DNA of 20,030 nt from assembly GCA_049301335.1 (NCBI GenBank), contig JBAQKV010000036.1, positions 1 through 20,030 on the forward strand. The letters are read 5' to 3'. The stretch comes from Patescibacteria group bacterium. GTDB lineage: Bacteria; Patescibacteriota; Gracilibacteria; BD1-5; UBA2023. This document shows, one piece after another, positions 7,271 to 16,500 of this stretch (position 1 is its first letter; each line of letters begins with the position of its first letter). The position numbers and the translations under genes are program-made. Below the pieces are notes generated by a model. That model ran no database searches. It was not told the DNA's origin and saw only the letters and a list, made by a program, of their open reading frames with translations.

Positions 7271-7897
7271 CTAATGGTGGCCGCTCGCGCGGAGGAATAT
7301 TTTCAACAGGTTCAAAAACAGGTTGAGAATGTCCAGATAGAGGCTCATGGAAATGTCTATGGCGGCTCACCACGTCCGGTCTCACGCGAGTTTTTGAAGC
7401 CTGTTGAAATCGTAGACGAGGTACAGCACGAAAAGCATCGATCCGAAATACGGGAGGACGAGGTCTACGAACGACGATTTCCACCAAAACGAATTCAGGA
7501 GGGAGAAGACGATGAACATGACGAGCGCCAAGGACAGGTACCCCTTAAGGAAACCGAACTCCATGCCGGAGAACATTCCGAGCCATCAGGTTCCCACGGT
7601 CGCCGCCGCCGTACATACGAGCGCCTGGGTAATCGCGTTTCCCTGCCCGTTCTGCGAAATCATGTTCATCAACGGCCCCAGCATCCAGCCGATCCAGGCC
7701 GAAAAAACGACCATCAGCAAGATGTTCACCGGGTAATCGTTACGGAAAGCCATGGCCGCGAACAAGATCGCCAACGATATGAGAAAGCTCGCGATTTTGC
7801 CGACTATGACGTCTTTGTTGAGCGCGGAAACCGCGGCGGTGACGAGAAGCATTCCCCCGACGATGGAGAAAGTGCGGACGAAGAGGATGTCGAACAT
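7271..7897 (-). CDS. Bax inhibitor-1 / YccA family membrane protein, with three in-frame UGAs
   Basis: Track ORFs 7586..7897 and 7382..7576 plus an unlisted tail share one frame: ...AATVGT[UGA 7586-7588]WLGMFSGMEFGFLKGYL...YDFNRLQKLA[UGA 7382-7384]DRTW[UGA 7367-7369]AAIDISMSLYLDILNLFLNLLKIFLRASGHH, then TAG (7273-7271). The SLYLDxxNLFLxLL block is the family's C-terminal signature and lies beyond two of the UGAs. Confidence 0.85.
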
Positions 7898-7980
7898 GGC
7901 CTGGGTGCGGAAAGGATTTTCAGCAAGGGTATCCGAAGGTGCGGAAAAGGAAAATCCGCTTTCCTTTCGTCGGGAACGGA

Positions 7981-8427
7981 CTAGGGCAATCCCACCGTCT
8001 TGAGCACCGTTTCGCTCACCGCAAAGCGGTGTTCCGGCTTTTGGACCACGTGTCCTTTGGCTTCCAGACGGTAGAGTTCGGTAAAAATGCTGGACATGGG
8101 AACACCTCCGTGTCCTGCGATTTCCTTAGCGGTCATCTCGTCTTTAAAAAGCATGATGAAGAGGATCTTCCTTTGCTGGTTGGAAAGCGCGATTTCCGGA
8201 AACGGGCTGAAGAAAACGTTGGAAACGACGGATACGTCCAACTCCGACACGTTGTCGAACCGCGGCAATTCGAAGGCTTTCAAGACCCGGGAAACCCTTT
8301 CGGAAACGATTTTCATTCTCCCGTCGCACGTATCTACCACGGCCTGGAGCTCTGATTCCAACGTCTGAAGCCGAGCTTTGGGAACTTCGACGATGGAAGC
8401 TCCCAGTCCGCCCAATGTAATGCTCAT
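7981..8427 (-). CDS. Winged-HTH (ArsR/TrmB-like) transcriptional regulator
   Basis: Track ORF 7981..8586. I start it at the internal ATG 8427 (MSITLGG...) because the upstream 53 aa are R-rich and overlap the SRPBCC-like remnant. C-terminal wHTH: LSNQQRKILFIMLFKDEMTAKEIAGHGGVPMSSIFTELYRLEAKGHVVQK. TAG stop. The start is uncertain. Confidence 0.6.
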   Translation of the reverse strand: MSITLGGLGASIVEVPKARLQTLESELQAVVDTCDGRMKIVSERVSRVLKAFELPRFDNVSELDVSVVSNVFFSPFPEIALSNQQRKILFIMLFKDEMTAKEIAGHGGVPMSSIFTELYRLEAKGHVVQKPEHRFAVSETVLKTVGLP

Positions 8428-8447
8428 ACCGCGTCTTTCGTAAGTTG

Positions 8448-8650
8448 TTAAACGAGACTTTCCACGTACTTCTTGAAATTCGCGAGGATGGCGCTCCAGC
8501 CGGCGGTCTGCATCTCCGGAGAGTGGATGTGTCAAGGTTCGCTTTCTTCGCCCAACCGACTCTCTACTCCCCGAGGGCTCCGGCATCCGTCCGGAGCTTT
8601 TCTTTTTCCATGAGAAAGTACCGTTCCCGGTACAGTCCCGGCGGCATCCT
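8448..8650 (-). pseudogene. Degraded remnant of an SRPBCC/AHSA1-like gene, spread over three frames
   Basis: Minus-strand pieces in three frames. First: ...MPPGLYRERYFLMEKEKLRTDAGALGE, then TAG. Second: ...RTLTHPLSGDA. Third: ...EMQTAGWSAILANFKKYVESLV, then TAA (8450-8448). The last two resemble the T.LTLTHxG ... GWxxxLxxLxxxLE C-terminus of AHSA1-type SRPBCC proteins. The expected N-terminal two thirds are missing where the AT-rich islet begins. Confidence 0.35.
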
Positions 8651-8762
8651 CAACGCCGAATGGCTGCAGAAATTGAGTTGATTCGAAAGGATGCTGGAGC
8701 CTCGGGAACGTAGAAAGTTAGGCGACTAAAAAGCGGGGAGCGGAAGCCAAATCGTTAGCTTC

Positions 8763-9194
8763 CTAAAATCCTCTGGTTTTTGCCTGAATTATGAACCATA
8801 CGGTTACCCCAATAAGAAAAAGTGGTCCAGCGATGAGAAGCATCCTAAATGGCAAACCCCATTCATAAACTGCGTTCGGAAATTCCGCTCTTAAATTCTG
8901 TGCTAACATACGAGGAACGATGCGGGATCAGAAAACGCTCAGTCATTGAAATTTTTTGTATGCCGTAAAATGCATTGCGTAAAAATGAATGCCATTGTAA
9001 ACGGCTATCAGCAGCGCCCATGCTATCATTATTCGGAGTCACTTCGCCAAGTCGTCGAGAAAGCCGAAACTTAAGGGAAATCGATAAGCGAGATATAGCA
9101 GCGCATAGAGTGTGATCCTCCCTAAAAATACTGCGTTGTCGAATATTCCGGCTTTACGAATATCGTCTTCCGACCACGGTACGTTCGTTTTCAT
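8763..9194 (-). CDS. Hypothetical membrane protein (143 aa, about 3 TM segments), with three in-frame UGAs; invisible in the standard-code ORF track
   Basis: ATG 9194-9192, TAG 8765-8763. I translated all 143 codons. There is no TAA or TAG in frame even though the region is AT-rich. TGAs at 9039-9041, 8943-8945 and 8928-8930. Product: MKTNVPWSEDDIRKAGIFDNAVFLGRITLYALLYLAYRFPLSFGFLDDLAK*LRIMIAWALLIAVYNGIHFYAMHFTAYKKFQ*LSVF*SRIVPRMLAQNLRAEFPNAVYEWGLPFRMLLIAGPLFLIGVTVWFIIQAKTRGF. No obvious SD and no family recognised. Confidence 0.55.
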
Positions 9195-9266
9195 GAGGAA
9201 AATTTATCAATATGGGAAAAGTGTAACGAAATTGGCGAATTCTGGATACGATTGTTAATCATTATC

Positions 9267-9358
9267 GGTTCGCACGGGCTCTTCCCCGCCGCCGAATGCG
9301 GCTTCGGACGCGGAGGTCGCGAACCAAATCATTGGCCCACTCGAATGCTTCGCATCCG
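9267..9358 (+). repeat. Direct repeat copy A (~92 nt)
   Basis: By hand alignment it matches 10052..10144 at about 86 of 94 columns, including identical runs of 36 nt (aatgcggcttcggacgcggaggtcgcgaaccaaatc) and 18 nt (tcgaatgcttcgcatccg). Confidence 0.85.
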
Positions 9359-9443
9359 AACTTCGAATTCAAGCAAACTTTGACAATACGAAAAATTCTT
9401 TTATTAACGGATTACTAAACAAATACGAAAGAGAGGCGACACA

Positions 9444-9983
9444 ATGGAACCGGTTTTCAAAATCCCCACGATCGGCGATCAAGTCGAACTGACGGAAAAT
9501 TGGACATTCCCGCTCTTTGAAGAACGGCGAAACAAGCCCTTGTTCAAAATCGTGGCTCCGGAACGGAAAATAACGAGACACCACATGGAGGAGCTCGATT
9601 ACATCCCGTTCCTCCGAGCGAACCGTCCTGCGAACTGTCCGCACATATTCGAACCTGGCGGTGAAAATCCCGAGAATCTCCGTCAGATTTGGGACGAATA
9701 CAAAAAAACCGAGAAATGGAAAAACTTCTCCCGTCTTTACTGGGAAGCCAACCATGCGTTCCAGTTGAAGAATTCAGTATCGGTTACCCTTCCCGTCGGA
9801 ACTTGCCTGGAAGTCGACCGGATATACATCCGTCAAAAATCGGGAGAATTCGATTCGGTAACGTTCAAGATCCGTACCGAAGAAAAATCCCCGATGACCA
9901 ACGTCAGGTTCTGGGTGAAACGGAGTGATGCCAACAATATCGTTGGCATTTACGTCCGAGCAGACGAATTCAATATGATTTGA
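9444..9983 (+). CDS. Hypothetical protein (179 aa), orphan ORF in the AT-rich islet
   Basis: Track ORF. GAGAGG lies 7 nt upstream of the ATG. A possible promoter is TTGACA (9380-9385), 16 nt, TATTAA. The sequence is protein-like (MEPVFKIPTIGDQVELTENWTFPLFEE...) and no family is recognised. It ends at TGA 9981-9983 followed by the 10003..10033 terminator. If UGA is read through, the frame stays open to TAA 10170-10172. Confidence 0.6.
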   Translation: MEPVFKIPTIGDQVELTENWTFPLFEERRNKPLFKIVAPERKITRHHMEELDYIPFLRANRPANCPHIFEPGGENPENLRQIWDEYKKTEKWKNFSRLYWEANHAFQLKNSVSVTLPVGTCLEVDRIYIRQKSGEFDSVTFKIRTEEKSPMTNVRFWVKRSDANNIVGIYVRADEFNMI

Positions 9984-10002
9984 CGGCTTCGAGCCGTTAC
10001 CG

Positions 10003-10033
10003 CCCCGTACGCAAGTACGGGGTTTTTCTTTTG
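10003..10033 (+). terminator. Rho-independent terminator after ORF 9444..9983
   Basis: Stem ccccgtac (10003-10010) / gtacgggg (10015-10022), GCAA loop, then tttttctttt. Confidence 0.85.
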
Positions 10034-10051
10034 TAAAATCAGGGTGTCACG

Positions 10052-10144
10052 GGTTCGCCCACGGCTCTTCCTCGCCGCCGAATGCGGCTTCGGACGCGGA
10101 GGTCGCGAACCAAATCGTTGGTTCGCTCGAATGCTTCGCATCCG
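10052..10144 (+). repeat. Direct repeat copy B (~93 nt)
   Basis: See copy A. It folds on paper into three consecutive hairpins: CCTCGC...GCGGAGG enclosing CCGAA-TGCGGC-TTCGG; GCGAACCAA-ATCG-TTGGTTCGC (perfect 9 bp); CGAATGC-TTC-GCATCCG. Confidence 0.85.
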
Positions 10145-10184
10145 TCCTCCGTTCGAGCCCCGGCATCGATAACCGCAATGAATC

Positions 10185-10218
10185 ACAAAAGCACCCCGCT
10201 TTCACGGGGTGCTTTTTG
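10185..10218. terminator. Bidirectional intrinsic terminator downstream of tRNA-Lys
   Basis: Stem gcaccccg (10191-10198) / cggggtgc (10205-10212), flanked by an A-run on the left and a T-run on the right, so it has a U-tract on either strand. Confidence 0.75.
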
Positions 10219-10226
10219 ATGATTCA

Positions 10227-10302
10227 TGGTGGGTTCGCCGGGGCTCGAACCCGGGACCTTGGCCTTAAAAGGGCCCTGCTCTACCGACTGAGCTACGAAC
10301 CC
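10227..10302 (-). tRNA. tRNA-Lys (anticodon UUU), CCA encoded
   Basis: Minus strand: GGGUUCG UA GCUC AGUCGGUA GAGC A GGGCC CUUUUAA GGCCA AGGUC CCGGG UUCGAGC CCCGG CGAACCC A CCA. It has a perfect 7-bp acceptor stem, D and T arms, and U33-UUU-A37 in the anticodon loop. It closely resembles E. coli tRNA-Lys. Confidence 0.93.
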
Positions 10303-10354
10303 GCGCTGCGGGGGTGTGGATAAAACTCGCGTCTCTCCACATCGGTGCGGGCCG

Positions 10355-10383
10355 ATTGTAAAGAAAAGATTCCCGAAGTCCAA
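10355..10383 (-). promoter_or_regulatory. Putative promoter for tRNA-Lys
   Basis: On the minus strand: TTGGAC (10383-10378), 17-nt spacer, TACAAT (10360-10355), about 50 nt upstream of the mature tRNA 5' end. Confidence 0.45.
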
Positions 10384-10463
10384 TTTTTTTCTCGCAAAAG
10401 AACCGCTTTAACAAATCCCCGGAAAGCCTCATCGGAAAAGGAAAAAATGGGGTGCTTCTTTTT

Positions 10464-10491
10464 TTGCAAACCACCCGTGAAATGATAAACT
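10464..10491 (+). promoter_or_regulatory. Putative promoter for the giant gene (extended -10)
   Basis: -35 TTGCAA (10464-10469), 16-nt spacer, TG-a-TAAACT (TG 10483-10484, -10 at 10486-10491), about 35 nt upstream of ATG 10527. Confidence 0.45.
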
Positions 10492-10526
10492 GGCGAGGAT
10501 AGCACGAATACGCTCAAAAACTCGGA

Positions 10527-13500
10527 ATGAACACTTCAAAAAGACTCTTCTCGGAACGTTTCAAACGGTACGTTTCGTCCCTTCTCATTTTCGCCATCCT
10601 CTTCGGGCAGACGGTACACATCCCGCTCCTCCAGACGACCAAGGCGGCCGAAGCCGAATATCCCAACCTCGTCGCGGTCCTCGTGAACGAGGGTTCGTTT
10701 TCGCGCGACGTCAAAAGCAAGCTCGAACGCTACGGCGAAGACGTGCAGGCCAATTTGGCCGGCAGTCGCGTTTCGATCATCTCGATCCCCGACGACACCA
10801 CGCCCGAAAAAATCGCCGCGCTTCTCGAAAAGCTCTACTACGAAGGCGACGGCAACGGGCTTTCGCGCCTCGTGGGAACCGTGCTCGTCGGTGATTTGCC
10901 GATGCCGGTCGTCCACCGCGGAGAAAAAACCTTCCTCTCGGTTTTCCCCTACGTCGATTTCGTAGACAAGTCTTTCGTCTACAAGGCCGACAAGGGATAC
11001 TACGAGTATTCCGAAACCCCTGCCGCCTCCGACACGCCCGAAATCTGGCACGGCATCGTCCGTTCCAATACCGGCGACAAGGATAAGGACGAAGGGCGCG
11101 TTTCCGCCTTCTTCGACAAGACCCACGAATACTACCAGAAGACCGGCCGCTTCGAGACTTCCAAGTTCCGCATCCAGCCGCACGTCTTCTATTTCGACTC
11201 CTACCACGACCAGCTTTCGAGCAAGTCCTCCGAATGGAAGTCGTACCAGCTCATGCTCCAGTACGCCGAAGAAATCGCGTACAACCGTTTCAACAAGCAC
11301 CTCGCCAAGACCGTCTACGAAGCGTACCAGGGATACATGGGCGCCGACGTTCCCGACGCTTCGGGCACCGATATCGGGAAAATCCTCGCCGCCAATACCG
11401 GCGCGACGCTCAATTTCGACAGCGCCCCCGACGTCCAAACCCGCGAACCTATCGAACAGTCCCTCAAGAAATTCTTCCAGGTCCTCAGCGAAAAATACTT
11501 GGGCGACATCCTCCGTTACGTCCATAATGCCGGACGCTACGGAACCGGCAACGACGTGCGCGTCGACGTTCCGGCCATCATCGTCGGCAAGAGCGACGAA
11601 CTCATGAAGCGCTCGCTCAAGGACGCCAACACCACCTTCGAAGACGCGGTCGACGCCCTCGTGAAGGGCGGTTTGGCGCGCAACGTCGCCGTGGGCCTGA
11701 CCTACAAGGTCGACGACGCTTCCGCGACCGCCGGCACCGCCGCTACCGAAACCGCTCCGGCGGCATCGGGAACCGCCAAGACTTCCAGCCGCACCTACCG
11801 GAATTTCATCTTCGGCAAGCAGGGCTCAGAGATCAACGCGGCCAACGAATGCACCATCGTCCGCGGATCGACCCTCCCCATCGAAGCGAACCGCGGTTTC
11901 AACGCGTACAACACCCAGGGCGACGTTTCGCTCCTCCAGAAAGACCTCCCGTCCGGCCGTTGTTTCCCGGGGAACGCCGCTGCCGCCATGTCCTTTTGGG
12001 GAAACAATTCGCCCCTCAAGCTCGACGTCAGCCGAAGCGGAGAAGGAATCATGACCCTCATCGGCAACGCCTACGACGGCTATATCAAGCCGACGTTCGA
12101 CATGGGCGGCGCCAAGGAAATCAAACTCGACGCGACCTCTGGAAAGAACGAAAAGGGGCTCTCGGTGGCGTCTCCGCTCGACTGTACCGCGCAGAAGCTC
12201 TGGATTTCGGATCCGTACGTCGACACGTCGGAACTCGGCGGCAAGTCCGGCTTCCCGGCGGAACGCCCGGGCCAGCCTATCGCCTGTACTACCGACACCG
12301 TCGGAAACTCGCTCAAGATCGACACGTTCGAAAACTACTTCTCCAAGGGGTTCCCGAGCGAAACCTGTACCACCCACCACCTCCTCCTCGACGGCGTCGA
12401 AACCAAAAAGGACGGTTCTTGGTGCGACGCGGGCGACGGCAGCTATGCCCACATCGACAAGACCTACTCGTACAAGAAGGTCCTTTCCGTCATCGAACAC
12501 AAATCCCCTACCGACCGGGAATACGGCGAAGAACTCAAGAATTTCCTCACCCCGTCCCTCCCGGCCGATAAGGACCGCTACGTCGACTTCGTCAGCGCCA
12601 AGGGAAACTACGTAAAGATTTCGTATCCCAACCTCTTCCGCATCTCCTTTCCGGAAGACGAAGACCTCACCGCCGAAAAGGCGCAGGCGAAGATTAAGGA
12701 AGTCCTCGACGCGAAGAGCGCCGAAATCAATGCCTTGATAGCTTCCGAGGCCGGATCCGGCCCACTCTACGACGCGCTGAAAAACGGAGCGTACCCGTCC
12801 GGCACCAAGATCGACCTCTACGGCCAGCTGTCTTCCAAAGAAGAAATGCTCCAGTCGGTTGTCGACGCCGTGGTATGGAACAATCTCGCCAACGCGACCG
12901 CCAAGTACGCCTACGTGCTCGAACACCACCTCGACATCGACGGCAATTCCAAATACCCGATCGCGAGCCATAAAGAAGACTACGAAGTTTCCTACGTGGT
13001 CGGAAAGGGCGACGCCCGAAACATGTACGTCAAGCTCGACCCCGCCGCCAAGGACGGACCGGGCGCCGAAGTTTCGGACATCCTCCGGAAATCCGCCGAG
13101 CAGCTCGCCGCCATCGACGCTTCCAACGTCGCTTCGGGCGGACCGGGCGAAAAGGCCGAATTCAAATGCTGACCTCCGGAAGGGGTCGAACTCCCCAAGT
13201 GGATGCCCGCGATTTTCTGCTGGCTCGGCTCCATCATGCCGCCGACCATCAGCGCCGGAAACTGTTCGCCGAATTCTTCCGTCGACATCGCCGACCTCAT
13301 CAACAAGCACTACGGCGCCGACAAGAACGGCAACGGGATCCCGGATTACCAAGAAGATTCCAACGGCAACGGCATCATCGACGGCGCCGAATACGTGAAG
13401 GACGGGGCCATCAAACTCTCCGCCACCCCCAAGCGCGCTCCGTACCGCGAAAGCGTGGCGCTCGCCGCCATCCTCGAAAACAAGGACGGCGTGCAGGTGT

Positions 13501-16500
13501 ACGTCGACTCGGTCAACGACGTTTCGTTCGACGTGACCAAGGTCGTCGCCTACTCCGGCGGCATCGCGACCGAAAAATACCGTCGCGGCGCTTCCGGCGA
13601 GCTCGGCAATTCGGTCAACGTCAAAGACTACGTCAATTTCGGGCAAATCAGCGTGAAGGCGAAGGAAGGCAAGGCCACCTACGTGCTCACCACCAAGGAC
13701 CGCGACGCCGACGTCTACTTCGACGCCACCGTCGCCCCCCGCGACAAGGACGGCAAGGCCGCGTTCGTAAAAACCTCCAACGAAGCCAAACTCGAAATCC
13801 GCGCGGAAACCCTCCAAATCGGGCTCACTTCTTCGGGCTCGTCCATTTCGAGCTATGCCAAAGCCGGCGAATATTCCGAAGTCTCGTTCCCCATCAAGAA
13901 GATCGGAAAGGGCGGAACGGCGCTCGCCGTAGCATTCCCGGTCACCGTCCGCGTCACCGACGACGATTCCGGAAAATCCGTCGCCGACCCGGTCGTCACG
14001 AACAAGGACGTCTGGACCTACACCGGAAACCTCCTCAAGCAGTCCGCGAACTACCGTTTCGAATTCACCGATAAGGAAGGCGTCACCGGCAGCCAGGTGC
14101 TCACCGTTACGGCGGGAGCGGCCACCAAGCTCGAACTCGCCCCGTCTTCGACGCTCTTCGTCAAGAACGAAACCGTCACGGTGCTCGCCAAGGTCGTCGA
14201 CCAGTACGGAAACTACGCCAAGGGCGATCTCGTCGACCTCCACGGCAAAATCGAAGGCGGCGGCTACTTCCTCGAAAACAAATCGGACGAACTGAACCGC
14301 TCGATCGTCGAAGGGTTCACCACGTTCGAAATTTCCACGAGCGACGGCGGAAAAAACCTCAAGTTCTCCCTCGAAATTAAAAACCGCAACCTCTCCGCGA
14401 CCACTTCGTTCCGTTCGCTCGACTATGCCAAGGCGGTGGTCGACGTGGAAAACCGCGACAAGATCGTCGTAGGCAAGGAGCCGCACGCGGTACGCATCAA
14501 GCTCGTCGACGGCGACGGAAAGATCCTCACCGGCTTCGACGGCGTGGCGGCGTTGAACTTCCCGCAGCTTTCGGGCGTTTTCGATACCAACTACCTCGCC
14601 ATCAAGGACGGCCTCTCCACTACGGGAGCGCTCCTCTCGCCCAAGTACGTCGCGGGGAAGGACCTTAAGATCGAAACCTACGTTCCAGGCGTCAAAGACG
14701 TGGAAGGCAACGTCCTCACCGTCTATCCGGACGTTCCGATGCGCGTTTCCCTCGAAACCGAAAAACCGGCCATCGAAGCTCGGACAGGCGAAACCGAAAC
14801 CGTCACCGCCAAGCTCTTCGACCGCTACGGCAACCTCGCGTACAACCATGCCGACGGCGCGTACTCCTCGAAGTTCTCGATTCCGGAACTCTTCCATAAG
14901 TACCTCCGTTTCCCGGGCAAGGTCTTCGCGAAGGATTCCCAATTCAAAGAAGGCATCGCGACCGTCACGGTGGAAACCACCCGCCTCCCGGGAAGCCCGT
15001 ACGTCATCGCCGAAGTCGCTCCGGGTCTCGAATCGAATTCGTACTCTGTCACCGACAAGTCCGGCTCGACCGTCACGATTTCCGGATATTCCAAAAACGC
15101 CGTCGTCGTCGACAGCTACTACCTTTGGAACAAGGAAAAGGTGAACAAGCTCCAATACAACGGGCTCTACACCGTCCTCGCCGGCGCCGATTACGGAAAC
15201 TTCACCGAACGCGACTATTTGGGCGGCGAGATCCTCTTCAACCCGGATTCCCGTTCCATGGCGGTCACCACCCTCGTGAACGACGCCACCGAACGCCAGA
15301 AGACCTTCTCGGTCACTCCGGGCGGAAAAACCGAACTCCCGTCGGGCGATTCGCTCGTCACCGCCGAAGTTTCGTCCGTCGCCGGACGCACCTCGGTAGG
15401 GTTCTACGACCCCTTCTATAAGGAATACGTCGCGCGCGCGTATTTCAATTTCGCCGAAGGATCCGACCGCATCGCCTGCAAGAACGACGGACAAGAAGGC
15501 ATCGACAACTGCGAAGTCCCCACCGGAAAGCCGTTCACCCTCCTCAAGGGCTACGGCGACGCCACCGCCGTTTCGCAGGGCGGACTCGCGCTCGTCCTCA
15601 AGGGGGCACGCATCCTCGAAATCGACGCGAACGGGGCCGTTTCCGCGCTTCCGAGCGTCCGTCTCGAAGTCGATAAGGACAATTCCAAGAACCTCCTCGC
15701 CGTCAAAGTCGTCTCGAACAACCAGGAAGTCGGATACTTCGCCGCCAAGCTCCGCGCCGATTCCGTCGTCCTCACCAAACCGGCCGAAATCAAAAAGGCC
15801 CTCGCCGAAAATCCGGGCAAGGTCATCGTCGAAGCCGTTTCCTCGCGCTACTTCCCGCAGGACTCCTTCCTCGGCAATTCTTCCCGCGGGGCGAAGGGAA
15901 TCTCGTTCTACTCGAACCGCGACCTCGACGGTTCGAACGCCGACCGGGAAATGATCGGCAGCGCCGACAAATCCGGTTTCGAAGAATACCGCGAAAAACA
16001 GGGCGTCGGATGGGAAGGACAGAACAAGACCCTCCTCGAATTCGCCGGAGGAAGTTCGGTAGGCGAAGCCACCCGTTTCAATTCGACCTATTCCACCGTC
16101 AACTTGGGCGACCCGGTGTTCCGCGTCAAGCAAGCGACCAACGAAGGTTCTTACGACCGTACCCTCGGCACCCGCCTCATGGACGCCGTGGGCGACACCA
16201 TCGAAAGCTATAAGAAGTTCGACTTCAACGGCGACTCCTACGAAGACCTCGTCGTCTTCTTCGAAAGCGGAAAAATCCGCCTCTTCGCGAACCTCCAGGG
16301 AAGCTATAAGGACATGGGCTACCTCGCCTACGTCTCGGACGCCGGAAAGGCCCGCAAGGGCGTCGGCGATTTCGCGGGCGACGGATATTCCGACATCGCG
16401 GCCGTCACCAACAAGGGGCAACTCATCATCCTCGACAATAAGGAAGGCAAATTCACCCGCAAGGAAGCCGTCATCGTCGACGATAAGGACAACCTCACCC

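Noticed and set aside
7898-7980. Possible terminator hairpin (gcgga-aaaggaaaa-tccgc) between the wHTH and BI-1 genes
   Set aside because: The stem is short (5-6 bp) with a large loop and no clean U-tract on the minus strand. That is not enough to call.
7274-7984. 236-aa + ORF, and 7512..7736 and 7752..8003
   Set aside because: They are antisense to the BI-1/YccA gene, which has family signatures. Their composition is E/R/H/D-rich.
4040-9194. Pseudogenisation or sequencing error as the explanation for the interrupted genes
   Set aside because: Every interruption is TGA, never TAA, TAG or an indel, and conserved motifs continue in frame after each one. The one locus that does look decayed (8448..8650) shows frameshifts and truncation instead.
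9267-10144. CRISPR array or integron attC sites as the identity of the ~92-nt repeats
   Set aside because: There are only two copies, too long and too far apart (about 690 bp, enclosing a full gene with its own promoter and terminator) for CRISPR. No GTTRRRY / RYYYAAC core pair was found, and there is no cas or intI gene in the window.
9950-10517. Minus ORFs 9950..10186, 10183..10383, 10265..10474 and 10293..10517
   Set aside because: They run through repeat B, two terminators, the tRNA-Lys gene and promoter regions. Their translations are R/S/P-rich.
10514-11525. Minus ORFs 10514..10720 and 10536..11525 (329 aa)
   Set aside because: They are antisense shadows of the 5' end of the giant gene (E/D/G/V/R-rich).
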